Assembly (NCBI RefSeq): GCF_003704095.1
Contig: NW_020845355.1
Span: 1 to 64,000, forward strand
DNA: 64,000 nt
Origin: Pocillopora damicornis
Lineage: Eukaryota
Direction: 5' to 3'
Under the pieces are notes generated by a model, which had not been told where the DNA came from, ran no database searches, and saw only the letters and a program-made list of their open reading frames with translations. This document shows, one piece after another, positions 23,983 through 36,944 of the stretch. The stretch's first letter is position 1, and each line of letters starts with the position of its first letter. The translations under genes and the position numbers were made by a program.

Positions 23983-24942
23983 ATGTCAAACTTAGAGCTA
24001 CCAAGTCGAAGCATAGCTGTTGTTGTAATTGAGGCAAGCATTTGCGTTACTCTCAACATTACGAGCCTTATTGGAAATAGTCTGGTTTGTGTAGCAGCCT
24101 ACAGAAACCTTAACCTGCGATCCACTACCAACCTGTACATCATTGCATTAGCAGTCAGTGATCTTTTAGTTGCAACCATAGAAATACCTCTGACTTCTTC
24201 AACGCTGATCGTTGGAAAATGGGACTTTGGCGACGCTTTCTGCCAAATTCAAGGCTTTGTTGCTGAATTCGCCTATTACGTGACCCCAGCAACCCTCGGT
24301 TTGACAGCGTTTAACCGTTACGTCAAAATTGTGAAGACGAACCACTACAATAAGATTTTTTCACCCCGAAGATCTAAGATATGGCTGAGTTGCTTGTGGC
24401 TTTCCCTTGCACTTTACCTGCTGATTGTCCGAGTCACAAATTGGATCACAATTAATTTCGTTCAAAGCTTTGCATTGTGCGCCTTTTCTTATCCAAGCGA
24501 TGAAAGTCAAATCGTTCATTATTGTATCACTGTTGGATTGCTTTTTGTTGCACCGCTGTGCATCGGTACTTTTAGTTATTATAAGATATTTCTCAAAACC
24601 AACGAGCATCAACAGAATGTGGTCAGTTCGCTACAAAACAGAACTGACAATGGTGCGTTAAACAACTCAGTGAAAGAAACCAATCTTACTCGAATGCTGT
24701 TCATCGTGGCCGCGGGATTTTTGTGTTCCTGGATACCAATGTGGGCAATAGTCCTCTGGTTTCGTTTTTCCCCTGAAACCTGCCCAAGAATTGCAGCTTT
24801 GGTTAATATTTTTATCTTTTTTTTTAGTGCTTCAGTAAATCCTATTATTTACGCTTTCACTAATGGCGTGTTCCGGAAGGAATTTCGAAAATTGCTCTGT
24901 TGCTGCCGTGAAAGGGTAAGAATGATGCCAATCGGTAACTAA
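23983..24942 (+). CDS. Family A GPCR copy A3, intact, 319 aa (melatonin-receptor-like orphan)
   Basis: 7 TM; N-glycosylation-free short N-terminus aside, canonical GN, LAVSD, C3.25, AFNRY, ECL2 Cys, CSWIP, NPIIY, helix 8 FRKEF, CCC. Confidence 0.93.
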   Translation: MSNLELPSRSIAVVVIEASICVTLNITSLIGNSLVCVAAYRNLNLRSTTNLYIIALAVSDLLVATIEIPLTSSTLIVGKWDFGDAFCQIQGFVAEFAYYVTPATLGLTAFNRYVKIVKTNHYNKIFSPRRSKIWLSCLWLSLALYLLIVRVTNWITINFVQSFALCAFSYPSDESQIVHYCITVGLLFVAPLCIGTFSYYKIFLKTNEHQQNVVSSLQNRTDNGALNNSVKETNLTRMLFIVAAGFLCSWIPMWAIVLWFRFSPETCPRIAALVNIFIFFFSASVNPIIYAFTNGVFRKEFRKLLCCCRERVRMMPIGN

Positions 24943-26969
24943 AAACGATTGCGTGGAACATTGAGCGAATTTTTATGTCTCGTAGACTCGTGTCAGAGCA
25001 ATATCATCTTTTGAAAGCTCGATAGAATTTTTATTCTATTTTTTTTTCTTGTTGATTTCGTGGTTCGGTCTCTTTGTTTTGTATTGAATTGCGTGTGTGG
25101 GTGTGTGTCTGCGTAATTTTTGGGGTTTTATTTGATTACGTTATAGAATTACTAAACGCTTAATGGTTAACTCATATGTAAACGTAGTATTTTTAAAGTT
25201 GACCACAAATTTCATGGTAATTGGCCTGAAAATAATTGAACCAAATATAGATAATAAAATCTTTCCTGACTGGCCTGTGTTGTGTAGCTTGTTTCAAGGC
25301 ACTCACGAGCGACGTCAAGGTTATACAGGAAGGTTTGGAAACATTACAGAAAGTCCGATCGGTTTCCTCCAAACGCACATTTCTAGTCCCCATACCTACT
25401 GATAGTCTTAGTGGAGCGCTCAGAGCTTAGCCCCATACTTATGAAATTGGGCCAGTAACCGATCTAGCCGAGAACGTTTGTTACTGTACGACCGTGCACG
25501 CATCCAACCGTCTGCACAAGATTCTACTTATGGCATGCTTAAACAGCTACTCTTGTTTAGCTTACGACTCAGCATAACGCGCGCGCTGAATTTACACAGG
25601 GCGGCAATAACAGTTACTCTAAACCGAGATTGGTCGGAATAAGGTTATTCTTAGAATGCCTCACTAGCTGCATTGTGGGCTCATTGACACCACCACGTTC
25701 CCCTTAATTCAGCAAACGACTCATGATTCTGGCTTAAAGTTGATCAACCAGTCCCATTGCAATTTTCTGTATTCTTTCGCATATTTTTGCTTAGCATACA
25801 GAGAAACGTATGGCAGTTAGTATTAATCTAAGTTTTTCATTGTAATTTCAACTGCCTATCAAATATTGTAGATGACAGCATGAATGCATCGAAGGAGCAA
25901 TAGCTAGAAACAATACAGGCTAATTGAAAAGGACGTTATATTCCTATTAAATAGTGCCGATGAAAAGTCGTAAACCCGCAGAATGTGCAGTAATTTTCTG
26001 AGATTCATTGTCGGAAATTACGCAGCATCTCAAATACACTCCAACAATGTAAAAATTTTTTTTTTCCTTGAAATCCTTATCAGACTTACAGATGTTAGGG
26101 TCTTGAATGCTTTCAGGCTTTTTTCCCACCGTTGAGTGAATTGCAAATGTCACTACGGGGAAGTTCAAAATGGAAAAAAAAAGTTCCTGGTTCATCAGCT
26201 GGTCTTAAAAATGAACAAAAGCATGGTAGGCGTTTACTTAGCAGAAATCATAATTTAAAATGAATTTTGATAAGTTAAATAATTGGAAGTCACAATCTTT
26301 AATTCATTGATGAAAAGTATTTCAAGTTTGAAGGCGGAATTAAATAACTTGCGCGCACTCGAAGTCGGCAGATCTCGGGCAGCGCCTGATGTCCATTTGT
26401 TTTTTTTTTCTTTCGTTTTCTTGTCTCATTGAATTAAAATCCAGTACAGAATTCACAGTTACGAACTCAAATTAAATGAAATTGCGAAGCTCTTTTGATT
26501 GCAGTCACCGTGGGGCTTTTGTCCTCGTGTAAAAAGACTTTTAGAAAATTCTTAAAAGATCAAATACTCTTTAAATAATTCAGTTCCTTGATTTGAAATT
26601 TTAATTAAATTTTTGGGATATTTCTTTTCCTTGTCCCCATTTTTGTGAAGCCCTTTCACCTATAAATTAAAACCCATGGCGAGACGGATATATAGCTCGG
26701 CTGCACGTCAGATATTTTGTTGATCATCGAATTGAGATGATAATTTTTCTTGAAACAATGGGAAACTGGAAGCGGATGCAGCTTTTTTTCCTTCAGTGAG
26801 GTGGAACTCCAAAAAAATTCCACTTATCACTCAATTGCTTTCGTCCTTTTAATTTTCGATTCCTTTTTTAATAGTAACGACGTATAAGACATACGCCTGG
26901 AAAAAGTTGAACGAAACGTTGGTGGATTCGAATTCATGCACGATTCATGAACAATAGAATGAACAGCAC

Positions 26970-27165
26970 CTCAATGAGGGAATAAACTTTAGTCGAGTGT
27001 TGTTGTTCGTAGCTGCTGGGATTTTGTGTTGTTGGATACGAAGGTGGGCACTCATCCTTTGGACGCACTTTTCCCGGAAACCTGTCTATAAGTAGCAATG
27101 CTTGTTGTTTTAATTTTTTCCTTCTTTTTTTATTCTAAGTGCTACAATGAATCCCATTAATCCCA
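26970..27165 (+). pseudogene. Highly decayed family A relic (ICL3-TM6-TM7)
   Basis: agtcgagtgttgttgttcgtagctgctgggattttgtgttgttggatac...tgggca...agtgctacaatgaatccc aligns to TM6/TM7 DNA of A11 (53778-53935). Confidence 0.7.
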
Positions 27166-30100
27166 TCGTCTTAGTAAATGAATTAAAAGAGGCGCTTGGC
27201 AAAGTTTTGACATTACTTGTAAAATCAACCAATCAGTAGAAATAGCAATATCTGTATAAATGAGGTCAAGGTTTTGAAAAGCATTCAGCCCCTTGGCACC
27301 CTCAGTCATTGTGACCAGTTATCCCTGTCATCTATCACAAAAAATTTGACAGGTGTCTATTCTGTCTTGGAACATAAATTATTCAGAAGACGATTCTTGT
27401 TCTGCAGCTCATAGGTTATAAACAATTGGTTTTGTGCTGCAAATACCTCGCTTGAGGACGAGGAGTCAAAAAGTCCAAAAGGTCACTGTTTTGAGTTTGT
27501 TTTGTTTAGGAAACCCACGCACCCTTTATCTTTCCACGCGCGTGTGCGTAAATACTAATTTAAACGAAGGAAGAATGATCATTTTAAAACCCTTTTATGA
27601 GGGATGATAACAATCTTTGAGAAGTAAAAAAACAAAAAAAGGAAACAAAAATAGCGAGATAACGTGGCGTCTACAGCTTATATATTTCATTGAGGTAAAT
27701 AATTGTGAATTTAGAAAGACTCCATGCAATTAGCTTTTTTGGCATCTATTATCTTTCAAGAAAACACAGCCTTTTAAAGGTGCCGATTTTGTGTTGGACC
27801 GATAATTATTCCGAATGTGACCAATACTTTTGTTACTGATTGCTTGTTCCTAGGTTATAAACAGCTGGTTTTGTGATGCGAACGCTTTACTCGATTATAA
27901 GTGATATCGCCGTAGCTTTTTGGCATAACAAAGAATCCTTTAAGGAAAGGTCTTGAAGGTGAGGTATGTTGAGACAATTATTTCATGACCAAAGTCCATT
28001 GTTGAATATTTCATCAAACAAATGACTTTTTATTTTAATTTCTTCTGAAGCATATCTTTCCAAATACAAATAACATATTTATTTGTATATTGATTCATAT
28101 CAAACACGGGGGAAACTATCAGCAAAATAGAGCCCTTTTGAAAAAAATTAAAAAGCCAAAACCAACAACAGCAATAGGAACGTCTTTACGTTGGCCAATT
28201 AAAATTACTAACTCAAAACTTTAAATTTTAGACTCGTTTTTACGCAAATAGAAAGCAAAAGGAAACATAAAAGTATAAGGTGAAAGATGGGATAATAACT
28301 CTCGTTAAGGAGACAATTGATTCCAAGTTTCGCGTAATGTACAACCTTGAAATGGCATGGTTGGAAAAAAGAACGCATCTTTTGAAATGAAAAATGTTAA
28401 CACTGAAATACCAAAATCGAATGGTTGCCATGTCATTGTTATGCATTGAGTTCAACCCCGCTTTTGCTGAATGCTGTTTATTCTTTCTCGTCCCATACTG
28501 ACATACATACTGCATCTCTTGAAGAGAACCTTTCTTATGTCTCTGATATACTTTTGAAATTCGATTCAAAGAATTCAAAGAAAATTTCACTTTCTCGGAA
28601 AAAAGGACAGATATATAAATATATAAAAAAAGGGAAGATTAGGCTTACGTGAGTTGAGAAACAACTAAATAATCATACATAGACAGCCTGCATTCGAGTC
28701 TGAGTAAACTTTATGCGAATCTTGATTTTATAAAAATCATCTCCTCTGGAAAGAAGAAAAATTATGGAAAATCTACCAACAGTGTATGTTGCAAAAAAAT
28801 AAAACTATGTAGAAACTGATTAAGTGACATTATTAGAAGAAAGCCTTGAAATTAAGCGGTGGTCAGCTTTAAACAAATGTGATACGCAAATGAGCTTCTT
28901 TCATGGATTAGAAATATCGAGTACAAAGTACCAAAGCAGAGAAATCACGTGGCGCTTACGGCTAATATCTTAGATTTAGGTAAATAATTGTGAATTGAAA
29001 ACGCACAGGACGAATGCTCTTATTTCAGTGCCTTTAGGCAAAACGGAAAGCATCCCTNNNNNNNNNNNNNNNNNNNNNNNNNNNNNNNNNNNNNNNNNNN
29101 NNNNNNNNNNNNNNNNNNNNNNNNNNNNNNNNNNNNNNNNNNNNNNNNNNNNNNNNNAGCATACAGAGAAACGTATGAAAGTTAGTATAAATCTAAGTTT
29201 TTCATTGTAATTTCAACTGCCTATCAAATATTGTAGATGACAGAATGAATGCATCGAAGGAGCAATAGCTAGAAACAATACAGGCTAATTGAAAAGCACG
29301 TTATATTGCCAATAAATATTGCTAATGAAAAGTCGCAAGTGATTGCAGTCACCGTGGGGCTTTTGTCCTCGTGTAAAAAGACTAGAAAAATTCTTAAAAG
29401 ATCAAATTCTCTTTAAATAGTTCATTGCTAACAGCTCCTTGATTTGAAATTATTGAAATTATTCCTTCTTTTTTTAATCTAAGTGCTTCAATGAATCCCA
29501 TTAATCCCATAGTCTTAGTAAATGAATTAAAAGAGGCGCTTGGCAAAGTTTTGACATTCCTTGTAAAATCAACCAATCAGTAGAAATAGCAATATCTGTG
29601 TAAATGTGGTCAAGGTTTTGAAAAGCATTCAGCCCCTTGGCACCCTCAGTCATTGTGACTAGTTATCCCTGTCATCTATCGCAAAAAATTTGACAGGTGC
29701 TTATTCTGTGTTGGAAAATAAATTTTTCAGAAGACGATCCTTGTTCGGCAGTTCATAGGTTATAAACAATTGCTTTGGTGCTGCAAATGCCTTGCTTGAG
29801 GACGAAGAGTCAAAAAGTCCAAACGGTACCTGTTTTGAGTTTTGTTCGTTTAGGAAACCCACACACCCTTGATTCCAAGTTTCGCGTAATGTACAACCTT
29901 GAAATAGCATGGTTGGAAAAAAGAACGCATTTCTTGAAATGAACAATGTTAACACTGAAATGCAAAAATCGAATGGTTGCCATTTCATTGTTATTCATTG
30001 AGTTCAACCCCGCTTTTCCTGAATGCTGTTTATTCTTTCTCGTCCTACACTAACATACATACTGCATCTCTTTTCTTATGTCTCTGATATAATTTTGAAA

Positions 30101-32014
30101 GTACGTTTTCTGGGGCAAAGAAAATTTCACTTTCTTGGAAAAAAGGACAGAAAAATATATAAAAAAAGGGCAGATTAGGCTTACGTGAGTTGAAAAACAA
30201 CTAAATAATCATACATGGACAGCCTGCATTCGAGTCTTAGTAAACTTTATGCAAATCTTAATTTTATAAAGATTATCTCCTTTGGAAAGAAGAAAAATTA
30301 TGGAAAATCTACCAACAGTGTATGTTGCAAAAAAATAAAACTATGTAGAAACTGATTAATTGACATTATTAGAAGGAAGCCTTGAAATTAAGCGGTGGTA
30401 AGCTTTAAACAAATGTGATACGCAAATGAGCTTCTTTCATGGAGTAGAAATATCGAGTACAAAGTACCAAACAGAGAAATAACGTAGCGCTTACCGCTAA
30501 TATCTTCGACCTAGGTAAATAATTGTGAATTGAAAAAGTTAGTCGAGACGTCGCGAACACTGATAACAATGAAGGTGAGCTAGCACCTTCTTCTACCAGT
30601 CTTCTTCTTTTTGAGTCTACGTTGCNNNNNNNNNNNNNNNNNNNNNNNNNNNNNNNNNNNNNNNNNNNNNNNNNNNNNNNNNNNNNNNNNNNNNNNNNNN
30701 NNNNNNNNNNNNNNNNNNNNNNNNNGAAAGAATAAACAGCATTCAGCAAAAGCGGGGTTGAACTCAATGAATAACAATGACATGACAACCTTTCGATTTT
30801 TGCATTTCAGTTTTAACATTGTTCATTTCAAGAAATGCGTTCTTTTTTCCAACTATGCTATTTCAAGGTTGTACGTTTCGCGAAACTTGGAATCAATTGT
30901 CTCCTTAACGAGAGCTATTATCCCATCTTTCACCTTATACTTTTGTTTCCTTTTGCTTATTATTTGCGTACAAACGCGTCTAAAATTTAAAGTTTTGAGT
31001 TGATAATTTAAATTGGCTGACTTAAAGACGTTTCTGTTGCTGTTGTTGGTTTTGGATTTATATTTTTTTCAATAGGGCTCTATCTTGCTGATAGTTTCCC
31101 CTGTGTTTGATATGAATCAAGATACAAATAAGTATGTTATTTGTATTTGGAAAGATATGCTTCAGAAGAAATTAAAATGAAAAGTCATTTGTTTGATGAA
31201 ATATTCAACAATGGACTTTGGTCACGAAATAATTGTCTCAACATACCTCACCTTCAAGAACTTTCCTAAGGGATTCTCGGTTTTGCCAAAAAGCTACGGC
31301 GATATCACTTATAATCGAGTAAAGTGTTTGCATCACAAAACCAGCTGTTTTCTAGGAACAAGCAGTCAATAACAAAAGTATAGATCACATTCGGAATAAA
31401 TACCGGTCCAACACAAAATCGGCACCTTTTAAAGCCTGTGTTTCTTGAAAGGTTACAGATGACAAAAAAACTAATCGCAAGTAGTCTTTCTAAATTCAAA
31501 GGCGTCACGTTATCTCACTATTTTTGTTTTCTTTTTTTTTCTTTTTTTTAACTTCTCAAAGATTGTTATCATCCCTCACAAAGGGGTTTTAAAATGATCA
31601 TTCTTCCTTTTTTTAAATTAGTATTTACGCACGCGCGCGTGGAAACATAAAGGGTGCGTGGGTTTCCTAAACGAACAAAACTCAAAACAGTGACCTTTTG
31701 GACTTTTTGACTCTTCGTCCTCAAGCAAGGCATTTGCAGCACAAAACCAATTGTTTATGACCTATGAACTGCCGAACAAGGATCGTCTTCTGAATAATTT
31801 ATGTTCCAACACAGAATAGACACCTGTCAGATTTTTTTGTGATAGATGACAGGAATAATAACTGGTCTCAATGACTGAGGGTGCCAAGGGGCTGAATGCT
31901 TTTCAAAACCTTGACCACCTTTATACAGATATTACTATTTCTACTGATTGGTTGATTTTACAAGTGATGTCAAAACTTTGCCAAGCGCCTCTTTTAATTC
32001 ATTTACTAAGACTA

Positions 32015-32205
32015 TGGGATTAATGGGACTCATTGAAGCACTTAGATTAAAAAAAGGAAAAAATTAAAACAACAAGCATTGCTACTCATAGACAGGTTTC
32101 CGGGAAAAGTGCGTCCAAAGGATGAGTGCTTGCCTTCGTATCCAACGACCCAAAATCCCAGCAGCTACGAACAACAACACTCGACTAAAGTTTATTCCTT
32201 CATTA
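32015..32205 (-). pseudogene. Second copy of the decayed family A TM6-TM7 relic
   Basis: Reverse complement of 26970-27165. Confidence 0.7.
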
Positions 32206-33054
32206 AGGTGCAGTTCATTCTATTGTTCATGAATCGTGCATGAATTCGAATCCACCAACGCTTAATTCAACTTTTTCCAGGCGTATGTCTTATACGTCAT
32301 TACTTTTCAAAAAGGAATCGAAAATTAAAATGACGAAAACAATTGAGTGATATGAGGATGCTTTTTGGAGTTTCACCTCACTGCAGGAAAAAAAGCTGTA
32401 TCCGCTTCCACTTTCCCATTGTTTAAAGACTTGAAGAAAAATTATCATCTCAAGTCGATGATCAACAAAATATCTGACGTTCAGCCGAGCTTATCCGTCT
32501 CGCCATGGGTTTTAATTTATAGGTGAAGAGCTTTANNNNNNNNNNNNNNNNNNNNNNNNNNNNNNNNNNNNNNNNNNNNNNNNNNNNNNNNNNNNNNNNN
32601 NNNNNNNNNNNNNNNNNNNNNNNNNNNNNNNNNNNCGGCTAAACAGTTCAAGGAATTGTTCTGTTCAGTTTGTTACTTCTTTGCACCGAGTAAATCACGC
32701 CATGAGATTTTAACGTTGCCGTTAATCTTCATAAGTCTTCACAAACCTCGCTTTTTCCTTGCATGGTATTGGATAAACTTACAATTCGAGAAGGCGAGAC
32801 TAAGTTGGGTCACGCGGTTGAAATAAAAAAAGCCAATAAATAAACAAACATATGAATGAATATCTTGATAAATGAAGTATATTTCGATAGGTCACAAACC
32901 CTGAGAGCGAATTAAAGGCGTAGATGATGTATTTGGCCGGGAAAGGGGAACAACCATTATTTTCACCTTATTAATGTTCATCTCTGTTCATTCATTTGTT
33001 TATTCATTTACTCAATTATTTGCTCTTTAATTTCTTTTATTTTCAGAAGGTGCT

Positions 33055-34068
33055 ATGTTAAACTCAGAGCTACCAAGTCGAAACTTACCTGTTGTCATAA
33101 CTGAGGCAAGTGTTTGTATCGCATTGTGCATCATAAGCGTCACTGGAAACAGTCTGGTTTGTATGGCAACATGCAGAAACTCAAACCTGCGATCAACCAC
33201 CAACCTGTATATCATTGCTTTAGCTGTCAGCGATCTGCTGTGTGGAATAGTAGAGATGCCGTTAGCTTCTACCACGCTGATCTTCGGTAGATGGGTCTTT
33301 GGCGACGCCCTATGCCAATTTCAAGGCTTTGTTGATGTATTTGCCTATTATGTTACCCCAGCAACCCTTGGTTTGACAGCGTTAAACCGCTACATGAAAA
33401 TTGTAAAGACAAGCCATTACAAGAAGATTTTTTCGCCCCGCAGATCTAAGATATGGTTGAGTTGCTTGTGGCTTTCCTTTGCACTTTACCTGCTGATTGT
33501 CCGCGTCACAAATTGGATTAAAATCGATTTTATTCAAGATTACGCAGTGTGCTCCTTTGATTACCCAACCAGTGAAAGTCAAATCTTTCATTATTGCATC
33601 ACTGTTGGATTACTTTTTGTCTTACCGTTGTGTGTCGGCATTTTCAGTTACTATAAGATATTTCTGAAAACTAATAAGCATCAACGTAATGTAGTGTCGT
33701 CGCTACGGAACTGCACTAACATTACTGTAGTAAGCAACTCATTGAAAGAAACAAAAGTTACTCGAATGTTGCTCATTTTGGCGGCGGGATTTTTGTGCTG
33801 CTGGATACCAATGTGGGCACTTGTCCTCTGGTTTCGTTTTTCCCCTGAGACCAGCTCAAGAATTGCAGCATTGCTTGTCACTTTTTTATTTTATTTGAGT
33901 GCTTCAATCAATCCTATTATTTACGCTTTCACAAATGGCGAGTTCCAAAGGGAATTTCGCAAACTGCTTTGTTGCCGCCGTGAAAGGTCAAGAATTGTGC
34001 CAAAGAAAGCCCCTGCGATTATGGGTAACGATCTCGTCGAACGAGAGGAACAAGAAACAAACATTTAA
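33055..34068 (+). CDS. Family A GPCR copy A4, intact, 337 aa
   Basis: 7 TM; CQFQGFVDVF (D3.32), ALNRY, CCWIP, YLSASINPIIY (Y7.43). Confidence 0.93.
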   Translation: MLNSELPSRNLPVVITEASVCIALCIISVTGNSLVCMATCRNSNLRSTTNLYIIALAVSDLLCGIVEMPLASTTLIFGRWVFGDALCQFQGFVDVFAYYVTPATLGLTALNRYMKIVKTSHYKKIFSPRRSKIWLSCLWLSFALYLLIVRVTNWIKIDFIQDYAVCSFDYPTSESQIFHYCITVGLLFVLPLCVGIFSYYKIFLKTNKHQRNVVSSLRNCTNITVVSNSLKETKVTRMLLILAAGFLCCWIPMWALVLWFRFSPETSSRIAALLVTFLFYLSASINPIIYAFTNGEFQREFRKLLCCRRERSRIVPKKAPAIMGNDLVEREEQETNI

Positions 34069-34788
34069 GTCTAATGAATTTGTGTTAATGAAACATCCTC
34101 TTTTAAAAACAAGACGGAAGAGTCGTTCCATTCTTTTTCTCTAATTTAGTTATTGTTTGTCAAAGCAAGCTTCTTAGATGTCGAAAGCTGTGTTGCTCAC
34201 ACCAATTAATTATAAATTATTCATGGTGATGTCTCCTTGCCAAATGCTGAAAGGATGACATCAGTTCACTTCTAAATTTTGGATGGGTTGCGAGTACGAA
34301 TTGAATAGATTTTACCATTCCTACGATGAAAATACGAGGAACCTAATTTGAATACAAAATTGAATAATCTGATGGCAAGCAAATATCGTTCCTTATGCTT
34401 CTTCGGAATTTTCTATTTAGTTAGTTAAATTTAATTAGAAATGAATTTTATTCGACTTTCCGTTTGTGAACAGCCAGTCACTAAAGCCCTGAGTTTCTTT
34501 TTCTGATGCATGTGATATAATCAGTAAATTATTTGCGATACTCGAACATAAGTTTTTTCTAAACCCATAATAAATTAGCACATAACGCTTTTAGTAGATT
34601 GGAGGTGACGCTCAGTCATTTATGAAAAACTTCGAGATGACCAGAAAAGCGGAGAGAGGTATGAAAAATAACTTATATTGCGAGCTTTNNNNNNNNNNNN
34701 NNNNNNNNNNNNNNNNNNNNNNNNNNNNNNNNNNNNNNNNNNNNNNNNNNNNNNNNNNNNNNNNNNNNNNNNNNNNNNNNNNNNNNNN

Positions 34789-35053
34789 TTTGGCATAACG
34801 CGTTGCCAAAGTCCCATTTTCCAACGATCAGCGTTGAAGAAGTTAGAGGCATTTCGATGGTTGCAACTAGCAGGTCACTGACTGCTAAGGCAATGATGTA
34901 CAGGTTGGTAGTGGATCGCAGGTTAAGGTTTCTGTACGCTGCTATACAAACCAGACTGTTTCCAATGAGGCTCGTAATATTTAAAGCAACGCATATGCTT
35001 GCCTCAATTATAACAACAGATAAGCTTCGACTTGGTAGCTCTAGGTTTGACAT
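34789..35053 (-). CDS. Family A GPCR copy A5 (A3-type), 5' part only (TM1 to start of TM3), cut by gap
   Basis: MSNLELPSRSLSVVIIEAS...WDFGNALCQ, open up to the gap. Confidence 0.8.
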
Positions 35054-35911
35054 CTTGTCTACCTGAAAAAGCATAATGAATGACTAAATGAATAAACAGC
35101 TGATTTTCTTTCCAATACTTCAGGCTTTCTAAAAAAACTCAATCTTTTTTTACAATTACGGACTTCAAATGTAGTTTGCAATCAAGCATGCGTTTTCAGG
35201 TCGGTAATAATGTATGTTTGAGGCGTGTCGCCTACCAATCTTTCATACCAGTTTCCAGTCGTGCATAAAATGAAAATCAACATAAATTTTAGGCAGCCCA
35301 TGTATGCTCTCCAGCTAAATCCTGTGATCAATATATTATTTGAACGCATCTCCATTGTTGCATTTAAGGGTAGAAGACAACGTTATGTGCAAATTTATTA
35401 TGAGTTTAGAAAAAATCTTATGTTCGAGTATCGCAAATAATTTGCTGATTATATCACATGCATCAGAAAGAGAAACTCAGGGTAAGGTATTCTGCTTTAG
35501 TGGCTGGCTGTTCACAAACGGAAAGTCGAACAAAATTCATTTCTAATTAAATTTAACTAACCAATTAGGACAAAGGCTTTGACGTTTAAATAGAAAATTC
35601 TGAAGAAGCAAAAGGAACGATATTTGCTTGCCATCAGATTATTCAATTTGGTATTCAAATTAGGTTCCTCGTATTTTCATCGCAGGAATGGTAAAATCTA
35701 TTCAATTCGTACTCGCAACCCATCCAAAATTTAGAAGTGAACTGATGTCATCCTCTCAGCATTTGGCAACGAGACATCAGCATAAATTTATGATTGATTG
35801 GTACGAGCAACACAGCTTTCGACATCTAAGAAGCTTGCTTTGACAAACAATAACTAAAGTAGAAAAAAAGAATGGAATAACTTTTCCGTCCTGTTTTTAA
35901 AAGATGATGTT

Positions 35912-36944
35912 TCACCAACACAAATTCATGAGACTTAAAAAGTCTGCTTCTTGTTCCTCTCGTTCGACGAGATCGTTACCAGTAAACGCAGCAGCTTTCT
36001 TTGGCACAATTCTTGTCCTTTCACGGTGGCAACAGAGCAGTTTGCGAAATTCCCTTCGAAATTTGCTATTTGTGAAAGCGTAAATAATAGGATTGATTGA
36101 AGCACTCAAATAAAATAAAAAAGTGACAAGCAATTCTACAATTCTTGAGTTGGTTTCAGGGAAAAAACGAAACCAGAGGACAAATACCCAAATTGGTATC
36201 CAGCAACACAAAAATCCCGCTGCCACAAGGACCAACATTCGAGTAAGCTTTACTTCTCTCACTTAGTTGGTTACTGAACCATTTTCACTCCCGTTCTGTA
36301 GCGATGAGACTACACTATGCTGATGCTCACTGGTTTTGAGAAATATCTTATAACAACTGCAAATGCCGACAAACAACGGTAAAACAAAAGTAATCCGAAA
36401 GTGGTGCAATAATGAACGACTTGACTTTCACTGGTTGAGAAAGCAAAGACGCACACTGCGTAGCTTTGCACAAATTCAATTCGTAACCAATTTGTGACTC
36501 GGACAATGAGCAAGTAAAGTGCAAGGGAAAGCCATAAGCAACTCAACCATATCTTAGATCTTTGGGACGAAAAAATCTTCTTGTAATGGCTTGTCTTTAC
36601 AATTTTCACGTAGCGGTTAAACGCTGTCAAACCAAGGGTCGCCGGGGTAACATAATAGGTAAATTCAGTAACTGAGCCTTGAAATTGGCGTAAGGCGTCG
36701 CCAAAGACCTATCTTCCGATGATCAGCGTGGCAGAAGCTAACGGCATCTCTACTATTCCACACAGCAGATCGCTTACCGCTTAATTAAAGATATACAGGT
36801 TGGTGGTTGATCGCAGGTTTGAGTTTCTGTATGTTGCCACACAAACTCGACTGTTTCCAATGATGCTTGTGATGCTCAATGCAATACAAACACTTGCCTC
36901 GGTTATGACAACAAGCTTCGGCTTTGTGACTCTAGGTTTGACAT
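35912..36944 (-). pseudogene. Family A pseudogene A6
   Basis: Full-length homology to A4/A9 with a 4-bp deletion near 36915, TAA at ~36781, TGG>TAG at ~36710, a 1-bp deletion at ~36390 and TCA>TAA at ~36264. Confidence 0.9.

Larger units (their letters stand above)
26650..32535. repeat. Inverted segmental duplication (~26650-28490 vs ~30726-32535) with a rearranged direct copy at 29158-30530
   Basis: Long colinear reverse-complement matches; the middle contig joins pieces of 25797-25970, 26497-26610, 27130-27527 and 28318-28998. The copies are separated by 100-N gaps. Confidence 0.85.

Noticed and set aside
23983-24942. Opsin identity, or gene symbol MTNR1A/B, for family A
   Set aside because: Position 7.43 is Tyr/Phe, not Lys (the Lys in A12 is at 7.38). 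NRY alone does not show orthology to vertebrate melatonin receptors.
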